Shown here piece by piece: positions 29,404 through 38,719 of a DNA stretch of 60,714 nucleotides. Origin of the DNA: a virus (Duplodnaviria; Caudoviricetes); the IMG/VR virus record IMGVR_UViG_3300042890_000355, positions 1-60,714 of that record; one strand, given 5' to 3'. How positions within the stretch are numbered: the stretch's first letter is position 1; each line of letters starts with the position of its first letter. Both the position numbers and the translations under genes were made by a program. The notes beneath the pieces are model-generated. The model was given only the letters and a program-made list of their open reading frames with translations. It was not told where the DNA came from and ran no database searches.

Positions 29404-30142
29404 GATGCACCTCTAATGGTTTAAAAGTAATAGGGTCGTATTTAGCGGTTTTACTCCACACCCTTATGTAGTTACAGACTGGCCGCTCTTCGCAAGTCTC
29501 ACATTTTTTGTTGTTATTACTGTTATTTCCGGGGTGTGCACGGTATAAATACAGCACTTTTGGCAGCCTAACAATGGGAAATTTCTCTGAAATTTGCATG
29601 AAAAGATCCCCATCTTCACACGCACTGACCAGTTTTTCGTTATATCCGTCAATAACATCCATTACTTTGCGGCGATATACCCCAAAATGCCGCCATCCAT
29701 GCTGGTGTAAAACATTAATATCAAAGGTTTTACTCTCCGAATACAGTTGATGCTCACCTTTTTCTCCAATCTGAGCCAGATCTGAGTAGATTAATCCCAC
29801 ATCTGGTAGCTGATCGAAGCTTCTAACCATCTCATCCAATGAATATCTCTCTAATATGTCGTCATTATCAAAGTGACCCACTAAATCACCCGTAGATAAC
29901 TCATAAGCCCGCTTCCTATTCTTGACAATCCCTAAATTTTCGTCATTCCGATACGCTTTAATGCGGGGATCATAGGTAGATAACATATAAGCTATCTCCC
30001 ATGTCCCATCATCAGAGCAATCATCGACAATAATCAACTCCCAGTTCTCGTAAGTCTGGTTTCGTACACTATCGACCGCATATTTAATGTATCTGGCCGA
30101 GTTATATGCCGGCATTAACAGAGAAACTAGGGGTTTTGTCAT
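29384..30142 (-). CDS. GT2 family glycosyltransferase
   Basis: VSLLMPAYN, IIVDDCSDD, FDNDD, CEDGDL. Confidence 0.92.
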   Translation of the reverse strand: MTKPLVSLLMPAYNSARYIKYAVDSVRNQTYENWELIIVDDCSDDGTWEIAYMLSTYDPRIKAYRNDENLGIVKNRKRAYELSTGDLVGHFDNDDILERYSLDEMVRSFDQLPDVGLIYSDLAQIGEKGEHQLYSESKTFDINVLHQHGWRHFGVYRRKVMDVIDGYNEKLVSACEDGDLFMQISEKFPIVRLPKVLYLYRAHPGNNSNNNKKCETCEERPVCNYIRVWSKTAKYDPITFKPLEVHHGTENI

Positions 30143-32506
30143 TTAGCCTCGCGTCATTTTGGTAATAACATCAGCTTTAAGCTTCTGTTCATTTTGTTTC
30201 TGCTGAGATTGCAGGCGCATAGCCTCTCTTTGGCTCTCAGCCTTGATCCTCTCAGCGTCAATGGCCAATCTAGCCTGAGCCAGCGCCATATCAGCCTGAT
30301 CTTTTGCAGATTTACGTTTAACTTCCTCAGCTTTGATCTGTAATTCAGCCTGTTGCATCTGAATAAGCGGGTCTTGCGCCTGTTGTTGAGCCTGTTTCTG
30401 CTGAGCAGCCGCCATATTTGTCTGTAAAAGCTGGGCACTTGCCTGAGCAATCAACTTAGATAACTGAACTTCCACATCCTCTGGCAATTCCTTGTCAGGT
30501 GGTGGCAAAGGTACGCCCATTTGCTCTTCAATTTTGCGTCTGTACAAGAATCCTAAGTGCTCCGCGATGTGCGCCTGAATAGCCGCCATCATTTGCTGAG
30601 CCATAGGGTTCTGACCCATCGTCTGAGCAATCATTGGATCCTGCATGAACGTTGTATGAGCCGCAATGTGAGCATCTTGATCCTGATAAATGAACGCTCT
30701 CGTAGGTTCACCCTTCAAGAACGCCATGTTCTCAGAAATAGGATCGCGAGGTGTCTCATCATCAGGAGTTGGTACTAGCTTCTCGCCATTCTTAATACCC
30801 AACACCTCAATCATCTGTCTATGTAGGTTAGGCAAGTTGTAAATCTGAGGAGCCTGCGCCGCCATTTGCATCACAGCTTGGTACTGCATGATCCTCTGAG
30901 CCATGGTCGAGCTATTAGGATCTGACACAGGGATAACATCCACCATGTCATAGTCTTCCTGCTTGGCCATCCTCGTGCCAGAGGTAGGTTCATACTCATA
31001 CTCTGTAGGAGCGTAGTCACGAATGATCGCTTTGAGGATCTTGAACTCTTGCTTCATAGCGTAGTGAACCCGAGCCTGCACAGCAGACATTGTTTTCAAC
31101 TGACGCTCTAACAAAGCTAACGTAGTTCCTACAGGAGCGTTAGCACTCATATCACTGACGTTCATGTCAGCAATAGATCCCAAACGTCTACCTTCTTCAG
31201 TGACTTTATCTAACAACATAGACAATACTTGTGATGGCTCCTTATAAGGAAGCATCATGATGTTGTCTTTGATAGACCCACTTGGTACGTCTACGTCTCT
31301 AAACTCACCCGGAGCGATAGGTGTGTCGTCACCCTTAACTCGGAGTCCTCTAGATTTAAGACCGCCGGGCAGATTGCTTAATGTGCCAGCATCAATGAGT
31401 TGTCTAATAAGAGAAGTACCGGCACGGGCATAACCACCAATAAGATGTATGAAACCAAAGCCATAAGCACCAAAGCCGGGTACATAATCATACTGAACAA
31501 AGTGCTGGCGCTTAAGTTTCTTCTCATCTGTTTCATTCCAGTTCCTGTAAATAGACAGAATCTTATTTGTACCTACATCAATTGTGATGATGTAAGGTAA
31601 AGCAATACCATCTTCATCTTCATAGCCGGGTAAGTCATAGTCAACCTGAATCTCATAAATCTGGTAACGGTCGTCATCAGTAACTGAGTAACCCTGCTCG
31701 TCCGCTTTTTTCTTTTCTACGTCGGTGTGTAGGTTACTCGGCTCTCCCAGTTCTACATCAACATAGAAGCCTGCTACCTGTAGTTTCTTAAGTTCATTCT
31801 TAGACTTACGCATGATGTGCGTAACTCTCTCTGCTGTTCTAGAACTACTAGAGCCGTAAGGAATAATCACATCCTCGGCGGGAACGTAAACAGAAGTCTG
31901 CCGTCCCAAACTGGGATCATAGTAAACCTTCTTAAAGGCCGAACCAGCTAGACCTAAGTTAAACAACATTCTCTCGTGCTCAGGACGATACTCAGGCATC
32001 TCCTCAGTGAGTTTATAGTTCATGTCCTCCTGAACTCGCGCAGCCGCTTCAGTTTTAAGGCGGTCGATTGCACCAATAATTTCAGTTTTGACTGGCCCCG
32101 CCGCTGGGAACGTTTCAATAATCGTCTCACTCTGGAACCGAACCGCAGCTTCAGTGAGGATAGTCGAGAATACGCCGCAAGCACCGTTCCACGGCTCAGT
32201 ACGTTCTTCATACTTCATCCCCAAAACATCCAGACCCTTGACATACATCTCTACCCAGTCTTTACGGGATGTGATGTCGCTAGAAACTTCCTCAACCAAA
32301 TCAGATCCAATCGTAGCCAGTACGCTGTCATCTATAAATTCAGCCAAGTTGTCGTCAAACTTATCTCCTCCGCCGGCGGGAGGAGTTAAATCAATCTCAA
32401 TCCCATCTATCTCAATCGACATAGATTCAGGATTCTCAACTTCGATTTCAATATCTGGAGCCAGTGAATCTATGCCTTGTGGCATTTCGTATAAAGATTT
32501 TTCCAT
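30143..32506 (-). CDS. Portal protein (P22-like with Gln-rich barrel)
   Basis: 787 aa after the terminase; GSAFKKVYYD, RQLIDAGTLSNLP, Q-rich C-terminal helix. Confidence 0.88.
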   Translation of the reverse strand: MEKSLYEMPQGIDSLAPDIEIEVENPESMSIEIDGIEIDLTPPAGGGDKFDDNLAEFIDDSVLATIGSDLVEEVSSDITSRKDWVEMYVKGLDVLGMKYEERTEPWNGACGVFSTILTEAAVRFQSETIIETFPAAGPVKTEIIGAIDRLKTEAAARVQEDMNYKLTEEMPEYRPEHERMLFNLGLAGSAFKKVYYDPSLGRQTSVYVPAEDVIIPYGSSSSRTAERVTHIMRKSKNELKKLQVAGFYVDVELGEPSNLHTDVEKKKADEQGYSVTDDDRYQIYEIQVDYDLPGYEDEDGIALPYIITIDVGTNKILSIYRNWNETDEKKLKRQHFVQYDYVPGFGAYGFGFIHLIGGYARAGTSLIRQLIDAGTLSNLPGGLKSRGLRVKGDDTPIAPGEFRDVDVPSGSIKDNIMMLPYKEPSQVLSMLLDKVTEEGRRLGSIADMNVSDMSANAPVGTTLALLERQLKTMSAVQARVHYAMKQEFKILKAIIRDYAPTEYEYEPTSGTRMAKQEDYDMVDVIPVSDPNSSTMAQRIMQYQAVMQMAAQAPQIYNLPNLHRQMIEVLGIKNGEKLVPTPDDETPRDPISENMAFLKGEPTRAFIYQDQDAHIAAHTTFMQDPMIAQTMGQNPMAQQMMAAIQAHIAEHLGFLYRRKIEEQMGVPLPPPDKELPEDVEVQLSKLIAQASAQLLQTNMAAAQQKQAQQQAQDPLIQMQQAELQIKAEEVKRKSAKDQADMALAQARLAIDAERIKAESQREAMRLQSQQKQNEQKLKADVITKMTRG

Positions 32507-32513
32507 GAGAGCC

Positions 32514-34004
32514 TCAATAGTAAACGTGCTTCTTTCTGAAGCCGATTAGATCTTCACGCTCATCTGAATCGAGCCGCAAAAACCCACCTTGTCTGAAACG
32601 AATTAGTCCTTGTACACAAGCATCAACCAAGTCATCATGGTCTGCATTCGGAAACGCAGCCATCTGCTCGATCAACTCGTGCGCCCACCTCGTATCAGGT
32701 GCCCATACTTTACCCGACTTGAACAAATCAGTCACCGAGTTTAGTCGCACAAATTTATCATTACCTCTAGACGGCGTATATTCACTCACCACAATCCCCA
32801 TCCGCCGGAGTTCAAAAATTAACGGAGCGCCAGCAGCTTTAGCCTCCACAACAAAAGCATCCGGCTCCCAATCCTTATAGTGGTTAAACGCTTTCTCCTT
32901 CAATTCAGGAAACTCCATCCTTTTCTGGAAAGCGTCTAACAGAATGATATTTATATCCTCTGGATTCTCATTCAGATGAAAAACGCCAAGGGTCACGCAG
33001 GCGGAATAGTCTGACCTTTCATTCTTAGTGAATGCGGTATCCCAAGACTGGATGATAAATTCACACCTAGGAGGATCTTCCTTCTCCCAGATCTTCCACC
33101 ACTCTCGTTTAACTAAAGCACCTTCTTCTCCCGTAGGGTTCTGCTGATACTGTGCATTCCATTTACTAGGAGGCAACTCATCCCGTAGTGCCTCTAATTC
33201 TTCTAAGCTCCAAAACTCTGGCCACAAAGCTTTCCCACTGGGCATGATCGCGGGCAGTTCTATCACCTCCCACTCTTCCCCTCTATCCCTACTTGCTGCA
33301 TCCTTAATGATCCTACCAGTCAGGTCTTTCTCCGACCATCTGGTCATAACGACAACAATAGTACCTCCCGGCTGTAAACGTTGTCTAGGCCCAGAGGTGT
33401 ACCATTCATAAATCTTGTCAAAGACCGTAGGGTCTCCTTGAGCTAAAGCCGCTTCCTGTTCAGAGTGGGGATCGTCAATAATCAAAAGATCCGCACCCTT
33501 ACCAGTTACAGTTCCGCCAACGCCGATAGCGAAGTACTCTCCGCCGCCATTAGTAGCCCACCGGCCAGCAGCTTTGGAATCTTGCCGTAGAGAAACATTA
33601 GGAAATATTTTTGAGTACTGTTCACTGTCTACTAAGTTCCTAACCTTGCGGCCAAAGCCAACGGCGAGGTCAGCCGTGTTCGAACATTGAATAACCTTCT
33701 TATTAGGGAATTTCCCAAGGAACCACGACGGCAACAGGTAACTAGCAAACTCTGACTTAGTATGCCGAGGAGCCATATTGATGATTAATCTCTTAATCTT
33801 CCCATTAGCTACATCTTCAAACTTCTTAGCCATGAGAGAATGATGTCTTCCAGAAACAAACCCCGGCCACATTGTCTTGATGTAGTCCATGAAAGACTCC
33901 TGCGCCTTCTCCCGCACAAGCGCACTCTTATAGTCCTCCACCTCAGCCAAGAACAAATCCTTCTCGTTCTCCGGCAAACTATCAATCAATTCTTCCAGCT
34001 TCAT
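32514..34004 (-). CDS. terL: Terminase large subunit
   Basis: APRHTKS Walker A, LLIIDDP Walker B, MTRW, SWDTA and HDDLVDA nuclease motifs. Confidence 0.95.
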   Translation of the reverse strand: MKLEELIDSLPENEKDLFLAEVEDYKSALVREKAQESFMDYIKTMWPGFVSGRHHSLMAKKFEDVANGKIKRLIINMAPRHTKSEFASYLLPSWFLGKFPNKKVIQCSNTADLAVGFGRKVRNLVDSEQYSKIFPNVSLRQDSKAAGRWATNGGGEYFAIGVGGTVTGKGADLLIIDDPHSEQEAALAQGDPTVFDKIYEWYTSGPRQRLQPGGTIVVVMTRWSEKDLTGRIIKDAASRDRGEEWEVIELPAIMPSGKALWPEFWSLEELEALRDELPPSKWNAQYQQNPTGEEGALVKREWWKIWEKEDPPRCEFIIQSWDTAFTKNERSDYSACVTLGVFHLNENPEDINIILLDAFQKRMEFPELKEKAFNHYKDWEPDAFVVEAKAAGAPLIFELRRMGIVVSEYTPSRGNDKFVRLNSVTDLFKSGKVWAPDTRWAHELIEQMAAFPNADHDDLVDACVQGLIRFRQGGFLRLDSDEREDLIGFRKKHVYY

Positions 34005-34300
34005 TCAAGGTTCCGAAAGTTTATATAAACCGGACGAATCGTCCTACCCTGTCTATCCACCTTCTTTATAACACCTATATTCACAAGCCGCTTAATTATT
34101 TTTGAAGTATTTGACATACTCATCTTTCCACGCTGGTGAGCTATGTCCTTCAAAGACGGGCTAAACCCATACCTCTTCCACCACTCATCAATAATCAAAA
34201 ACACTTCCTTCTGTACCGGTGTCATCTCTACCTCCATACACTCGTTAAACGTCATGTCACTTTTACGTGACACCATTTTCTTATTTATCTGTACTTTCAT
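34001..34300 (-). CDS. LexA-type winged-helix DNA-binding protein (no peptidase domain)
   Basis: MTPVQKEV...YGFSPSLKDIA...LVNIGVIK...RTIR. Confidence 0.8.
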   Translation of the reverse strand: MKVQINKKMVSRKSDMTFNECMEVEMTPVQKEVFLIIDEWWKRYGFSPSLKDIAHQRGKMSMSNTSKIIKRLVNIGVIKKVDRQGRTIRPVYINFRNLE

Positions 34301-34307
34301 AAATCGC

Positions 34308-34406
34308 AGAAAACTTTTAATTTTTCTAGAAAACTTTTAATTTTTCTACATCCTAGAAAACTTTTAATTTTTCTAGAAATTTTTGTAGAAAACTTTTAAT
34401 TTTTCT
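34308..34406. repeat. Cluster of four 20-bp quasi-palindromes AGAAAACTTTTAATTTTTCT
   Basis: Exact copies at 34308, 34328, 34355, 34387; further copies at 6757, 22549, 35213, 47377, 53597. Confidence 0.95.
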
Positions 34407-35130
34407 AGGCCGGGGGGTCTTCCCTAAACGCATGGGTGGGTATGCTGCCAGAAACTTTTTCTGGGGGCGGGGGTTCTTCCGAATCTGATTCTTGTGGGGA
34501 TCGTTCGGGTTGAATAGTATGTATAGGATCTCGGGACTCCGCAACGTCGTTTGGGGGGGTCGGGAGTGGGTGGGTCTCGCCCGCAAGCTCGCGCAAAAGG
34601 GTGTCCGCCTCTACAAACGTCACATCCTCCGCGCCCGCCTTCAGCATCTCACGCAACTGCCCCATGATCTTAGCCTTCGTATCCTCGCTCGACCTGATGT
34701 GACGCACCTCGCGCCTCTCGGTGAACGCAGACACCTCTGTCACTGTGCCGAGTACCTTACTCGCCTGTACCTTCGTCGCCTGTTTAGCCTCAGGGTCAAT
34801 CAGCACTTGGACAAGCGATTGGATTACCAACGACCTCAAGGCTTCAGGGGTGCGATGTTTACTCGCCTCAATCGCCAGCTTATAAGCTTCTATCTCTGCC
34901 TGAATCCTTACGTCCTTGGCTAGCTCGTATGGCTTACTCGCTAGCGTGTGTTTACTCGCGTTCGGTTTGTACGCTTTGCGGTATGCGTCAGCCTTCGTAG
35001 AACCCCTTGCGACCTCTTGGGCGAATGACTGCATCTTGGGTGTGATCGCCTTACGGGAAACGCCAAGAATGTCAGCCATTGGCACTTGCTCTAGACCTTC
35101 CTTGATCTGCTTCCTTGTGAGTGTTTTCAT
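34405..35130 (-). CDS. terS: Terminase small subunit (probable)
   Basis: TPKMQSFA...ADAYRKAY HTH, ASKVLG; upstream of terL. Confidence 0.7.
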   Translation of the reverse strand: MKTLTRKQIKEGLEQVPMADILGVSRKAITPKMQSFAQEVARGSTKADAYRKAYKPNASKHTLASKPYELAKDVRIQAEIEAYKLAIEASKHRTPEALRSLVIQSLVQVLIDPEAKQATKVQASKVLGTVTEVSAFTERREVRHIRSSEDTKAKIMGQLREMLKAGAEDVTFVEADTLLRELAGETHPLPTPPNDVAESRDPIHTIQPERSPQESDSEEPPPPEKVSGSIPTHAFREDPPA

Positions 35131-35447
35131 CTCTCTGTCTCTCCTACGTTATTGGGGGAATGGGAGGCAAAGCCGTTCCGCTTCGCTAGTTCCTTACGGG
35201 CGCGATTGGAACAGAAAACTTTTAAGTTTTCTACCCCTTTTGTGCTGCCTGTTTTTGTAAGCATTTCGTTCACAGTTTGAAAAGCACTTTCACCCTGTTT
35301 TTGTAATGCTTTCGATTACATAGGGAAAATACCTAGCGTTGATTTTAAAGGCTTTTTTGATACATGGCACGTTTCTATTATGCTTATATAGTGTAAGGCA
35401 CAACATTTTGATGCACTACATTGCAACCACTTACAAAAGGATTGATA

Positions 35448-35648
35448 ATGAACCTCTACCGACTCAGCGTAATGATTGACAAAAAAACCGATGCACTTGG
35501 ACTTGATTCAAGTGAAATTTTAATTATTAAAACTGCCCACCGAGTAACTGGTGCGACCTATGGCGAGTGCTTCCTTGCATTGGTCAAAGCCGATTGGGAC
35601 TTGCCTGTGGCTTGTCGTGCCATCTCCGAACTTCACGAAACCAACTAA
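35448..35648 (+). CDS. Early hypothetical protein
   Basis: AAAGGA RBS, ATG 35448; first gene of the rightward early operon. Confidence 0.55.
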   Translation: MNLYRLSVMIDKKTDALGLDSSEILIIKTAHRVTGATYGECFLALVKADWDLPVACRAISELHETN

Positions 35649-35657
35649 GGAAAAACC

Positions 35658-35897
35658 ATGACCAACACACAACCCGACCACTGCCACTTCTTCGCCTCAT
35701 CCGCTTTCACCTACATCACGACCACCGACAAGCGAGACCTCCGGCAACTTATGAAACACATGGATAAAGAGGGCTACGCCTACAACCTGTTCCTTGTGCC
35801 TGTTCCGCACACCCACGAGTATGAAATCAACCTGTATCAGCCTCAAGTTGACGGCACTCAGTGGCTAGGCTTCTACGACAAGAAAAAAACGCGCTAA
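35658..35897 (+). CDS. Early hypothetical protein
   Basis: AAGGA RBS, 79 aa. Confidence 0.7.
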   Translation: MTNTQPDHCHFFASSAFTYITTTDKRDLRQLMKHMDKEGYAYNLFLVPVPHTHEYEINLYQPQVDGTQWLGFYDKKKTR

Positions 35898-35902
35898 GGC
35901 AT

Positions 35903-35930
35903 GCCTGAAGCCCTTCTGTGAGGGCTTTGG
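35903..35930 (+). promoter_or_regulatory. Repeated intergenic hairpin, copy 1
   Basis: GCCTGAAGCCCT-TCTGTG-AGGGCTTTGG; near-identical copy at 37486. Confidence 0.7.
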
Positions 35931-35962
35931 GGATTACTTACCACCAACCAAAAGGAGAGACC

Positions 35963-36133
35963 ATGACCCAGTACCTTGAGACAATTTATTTAGCCGTAAA
36001 GACGCTGATCTGCTTCGCAGGTTACGTCGCATCAATTTTTATCGGAGAGCCATCCGAGACCCTAGGGCTTGTCACTGCCCTGTCTGCCGGATCTTGCGCC
36101 CTGTTCGCCCTCATTCAAACCGACTGGAGCTAA
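35963..36133 (+). CDS. Small early membrane protein
   Basis: AAGGAG RBS, ATG 35963, two hydrophobic segments. Confidence 0.6.
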   Translation: MTQYLETIYLAVKTLICFAGYVASIFIGEPSETLGLVTALSAGSCALFALIQTDWS

Positions 36134-36136
36134 ACC

Positions 36137-36301
36137 ATGACTGACGCAGAAAAAATTGAAAAACTTGGCGAGGCTTTGAATAACCTTTACCAATCCGCAG
36201 ACCACTACATTGAGGATGGATCTTGGCTTGGTGAATTGCTCAATGACATTGACCGCGCACAAGCATTACTCCAACAAATTGAAATGGGAAAAAAATCATG
36301 A
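36137..36301 (+). CDS. Early hypothetical protein, 54 aa (MTDAEKIEKLGEAL...)
   Basis: GGAG RBS; ATGA overlap with the next gene. Confidence 0.6.
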   Translation: MTDAEKIEKLGEALNNLYQSADHYIEDGSWLGELLNDIDRAQALLQQIEMGKKS

Positions 36302-36510
36302 ATGCCATTGTTCTAGACACACCCGAAAAGATCGCCCGCTTCCGCCTTCTAGCCCTTCGGGGGGCTTTGCGCCTTGAGATCGCGGGCATGAAAAAGCGCG
36401 GACAGTCTGCGTATCAAACCCTCAAAAACGAGGGCTATACCGGAACACGCGCCCAAGTACTTGAGCAACTTCACAACCACCTAGAAACCACAAAGGAGAC
36501 CATCCGATGA
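36298..36510 (+). CDS. Early hypothetical protein (ends ETIR)
   Basis: LRLEIAGMKKRG; stop lies in the junction repeat. Confidence 0.7.
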   Translation: MNAIVLDTPEKIARFRLLALRGALRLEIAGMKKRGQSAYQTLKNEGYTGTRAQVLEQLHNHLETTKETIR

Positions 36511-36653
36511 AACGCTATTTTGTCCACATCCCAACATGGATACACATCGCCATGACTTGCTACGGCACGAACAAAAAAGACGCTATCGCCCGATTCCGCC
36601 ATCAGCATGGGCTTGTCCGTATGCCCAAGGGCTACGGCATTTGGGAGGCTTAA
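36507..36653 (+). CDS. Early hypothetical protein, 48 aa (MKRYFVHIPTW...)
   Basis: Starts at the junction-repeat ATG. Confidence 0.65.
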   Translation: MKRYFVHIPTWIHIAMTCYGTNKKDAIARFRHQHGLVRMPKGYGIWEA

Positions 36654-36656
36654 ACC

Positions 36657-36833
36657 ATGTTTACCTATATCGCGTTTTACAAAGGCAAAGAAATCACAGT
36701 CAAGGCTTTGCGCTCATTCGATGCTCAGGAGATCGCTAGCAAGATTTTTAAAGCCAAGAAAAGCTACGAAGTGACTGTAATGCTTGTCGCCAAAGATGAC
36801 GAGCCAGTTATCCACCACCCCGCCACAATTTAA
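36657..36833 (+). CDS. Early hypothetical protein, 58 aa (MFTYIAFYKGKEITVKA...)
   Basis: GGAGG RBS; fills the gap between neighbours. Confidence 0.7.
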   Translation: MFTYIAFYKGKEITVKALRSFDAQEIASKIFKAKKSYEVTVMLVAKDDEPVIHHPATI

Positions 36834-36845
36834 GGAGACCATCCG

Positions 36846-37313
36846 ATGAACAAAGAACTAGCCAACCAAATCGCCCAAGCCTACGACCAAACCTTGTATC
36901 ACTCCAAGTTTTTAAGAACGCCAAGGAATAACGCACAAGTAATGCTCGGAGGGCGCACCCATTACGTTGACGACAATACTTTGCACTTCTTTAACGCAAG
37001 GATTACATCCGCTCAGCCTTCGACCTTCGGTCTGTTCTACCGCATAACCGAATCTCTCAGCCTTCCAACTGGCGGGAGAGGCTTTAGGACTGTCCTCTTT
37101 GATCTCGGGGGACAAGTTGTCTACCGCCCTCAACTGGCAGAGATGGAGAACAAAACCGAAAAGGCAGAAAAGGCTTTTTATAAATGGTTTGAAACCTTTG
37201 ATATTGAGACCTATTACCGCGACCAAATTAGAGAGAGGATCATCCTCACAAACCGCCAAGCTAACCGCCTTGAAGATGCTTTGAACGCTTTGAGCCAAAA
37301 GGAGACCGCATGA
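36846..37313 (+). CDS. Early hypothetical protein
   Basis: 155 aa; starts at the junction repeat. Confidence 0.75.
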   Translation: MNKELANQIAQAYDQTLYHSKFLRTPRNNAQVMLGGRTHYVDDNTLHFFNARITSAQPSTFGLFYRITESLSLPTGGRGFRTVLFDLGGQVVYRPQLAEMENKTEKAEKAFYKWFETFDIETYYRDQIRERIILTNRQANRLEDALNALSQKETA

Positions 37314-37483
37314 ACTACCCGACCGCCTTCGTTATCTCTCAGGGTTACAAATACGAGAGAACAAAAAGCAGCGCACGAGCGAAAACCTACCGCACTTGGC
37401 TAGCCCAAGCCACCGCCAAAGACCCCGCCAACCGCCTAGAGATCGTCCGATTGTTTGAGATAGGGAGAGCCGAAGCGAGATAA
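37310..37483 (+). CDS. Early hypothetical protein, 57 aa (MNYPTAFVISQGY...)
   Basis: GGAGACCGCATG junction. Confidence 0.65.
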   Translation: MNYPTAFVISQGYKYERTKSSARAKTYRTWLAQATAKDPANRLEIVRLFEIGRAEAR

Positions 37484-37485
37484 CC

Positions 37486-37513
37486 GCCTGAAGCCCTTTT
37501 CTGAGGGCTTTGG
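37486..37513 (+). promoter_or_regulatory. Repeated intergenic hairpin, copy 2
   Basis: GCCTGAAGCCCT-TTTCTG-AGGGCTTTGG. Confidence 0.7.
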
Positions 37514-37545
37514 AGGGTACTTTTGCCCGAACAGGAGAAAACTAA

Positions 37546-37854
37546 ATGCTAAAAGTTAATAAATACAACGTCAGGATTGTGCGAAAGGGCGACCGCTTCG
37601 GGCGCGACGATTGCCTGACCCATGACGAAGACAAACCAATGGTTGAATTCTACGACTCGAACCACCCGACCAATGACGGGCGAGGAGGGTTTGTAAGCCG
37701 TTATTACGTCGGGACGCTACTCGGACATGAGGGCTTTCATGGGGGCGACCCTACGGGCGGATTATGCCTTGACGGGGGTCAGCGCGACACCTACACAGTA
37801 AGCGATCAGGACATGCAAACAGTCAGAACATACATTCAAGAGGCAACAAGATGA
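37546..37854 (+). CDS. Early hypothetical protein
   Basis: AGGAG RBS; PMVEFYD...FVSRYY...GLCLDGG. Confidence 0.75.
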   Translation: MLKVNKYNVRIVRKGDRFGRDDCLTHDEDKPMVEFYDSNHPTNDGRGGFVSRYYVGTLLGHEGFHGGDPTGGLCLDGGQRDTYTVSDQDMQTVRTYIQEATR

Positions 37855-38033
37855 GCAAATTAAAACTTAGCGTTGATCTACTGGACAACCTTTATGGTTC
37901 TGCCGTCGTCAACATTGGAAAAAATAGCGGTTACGTTGAAGTTTTTATTGACGAGGGAGGCGACTTGACTGTGATTGTCTACGACAAAACAGGCGAGATC
38001 GTCCACTCATACGACACACCTTGGAAAAAATAA
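37851..38033 (+). CDS. Early hypothetical protein
   Basis: ATGA overlap, 60 aa. Confidence 0.65.
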   Translation: MSKLKLSVDLLDNLYGSAVVNIGKNSGYVEVFIDEGGDLTVIVYDKTGEIVHSYDTPWKK

Positions 38034-38042
38034 GGAAGAACC

Positions 38043-38354
38043 ATGCAAACAAGAACACGCAAAACACCACACGGCTACATGACCGAGACCAACATTTTAT
38101 TGAGCGACTCAATGCAGTTATCGCTTACCACGATGAAAAGATCATCCGGACAACTGACCACGACCGCAGTTGTGACCATCCGAGAGGGTCAGTTTTTCTC
38201 GCATCGAATGTTTCACGACTACAACAAAACGCTTTTGACGAGCCGTGTCGCCCGATGCACACCCAAAGCATTGGAGACCCAACACGCCCAAGCCTTGCAA
38301 AACTTAGACGTTATCAAAGACACAGTAAACCACCACTACGCAACCCTGAACTGA
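38043..38354 (+). CDS. Early hypothetical protein
   Basis: AAGGA RBS, 103 aa. Confidence 0.7.
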   Translation: MQTRTRKTPHGYMTETNILLSDSMQLSLTTMKRSSGQLTTTAVVTIREGQFFSHRMFHDYNKTLLTSRVARCTPKALETQHAQALQNLDVIKDTVNHHYATLN

Positions 38355-38366
38355 GGAGACCATCCG

Positions 38367-38546
38367 ATGACAACTTTTAGAGTGAAATTTATAAACACGG
38401 CTAGCCTGAGCATGACTGTTGAGGCAGAGACAGAAGAACAAGCGACCGAGCTTGCATGGAAAAAGTTTAATGCCGTGAATGTGCGTGACCCCTATTTGTA
38501 CTGGGACATTGGTTATGTTAATGAACTAGAGGAGACCATCCGATGA
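38367..38546 (+). CDS. Early hypothetical protein, 59 aa (MTTFRVKF...EETIR)
   Basis: Bounded on both sides by exact junction repeats; VEAETEEQA motif. Confidence 0.7.
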   Translation: MTTFRVKFINTASLSMTVEAETEEQATELAWKKFNAVNVRDPYLYWDIGYVNELEETIR

Positions 38547-38719
38547 TTGACCAAAACGATATTTCAAATGCCGTACTGAATATGTACGACATTCGGGACG
38601 CTTTGTCTAAACGAATGAAAGCAAGACGCATACATGACCCCGATACAGATTACTCGATTGGCGACTGTATAAATGATGTCATTCTATTTTTGGAACAACT
38701 AGAGGAGACCAACCAATGA
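38543..38719 (+). CDS. Early hypothetical protein, 58 aa (MIDQNDISNAV...)
   Basis: Bounded by junction repeats. Confidence 0.65.
   Translation: MIDQNDISNAVLNMYDIRDALSKRMKARRIHDPDTDYSIGDCINDVILFLEQLEETNQ

Noticed and set aside
34001-34300. SOS-inducible CI/LexA repressor implying an integrating prophage
   Set aside because: Only the DNA-binding domain is present, with no S24 peptidase domain, and I found no integrase, att site or host genes in the window
34353-34586. 77-aa ORF across the palindrome cluster
   Set aside because: Overlaps terS in another frame and reads through the repeat; no RBS or motif
36536-36739. ORF-track 67-aa ORF, and similar alternate-frame or antisense ORFs (e.g. 38021-38380, 25997-26467, 46093-46638, 59487-59969)
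   Set aside because: They overlap better-supported genes that have RBSs and recognisable motifs; treated as shadow ORFs
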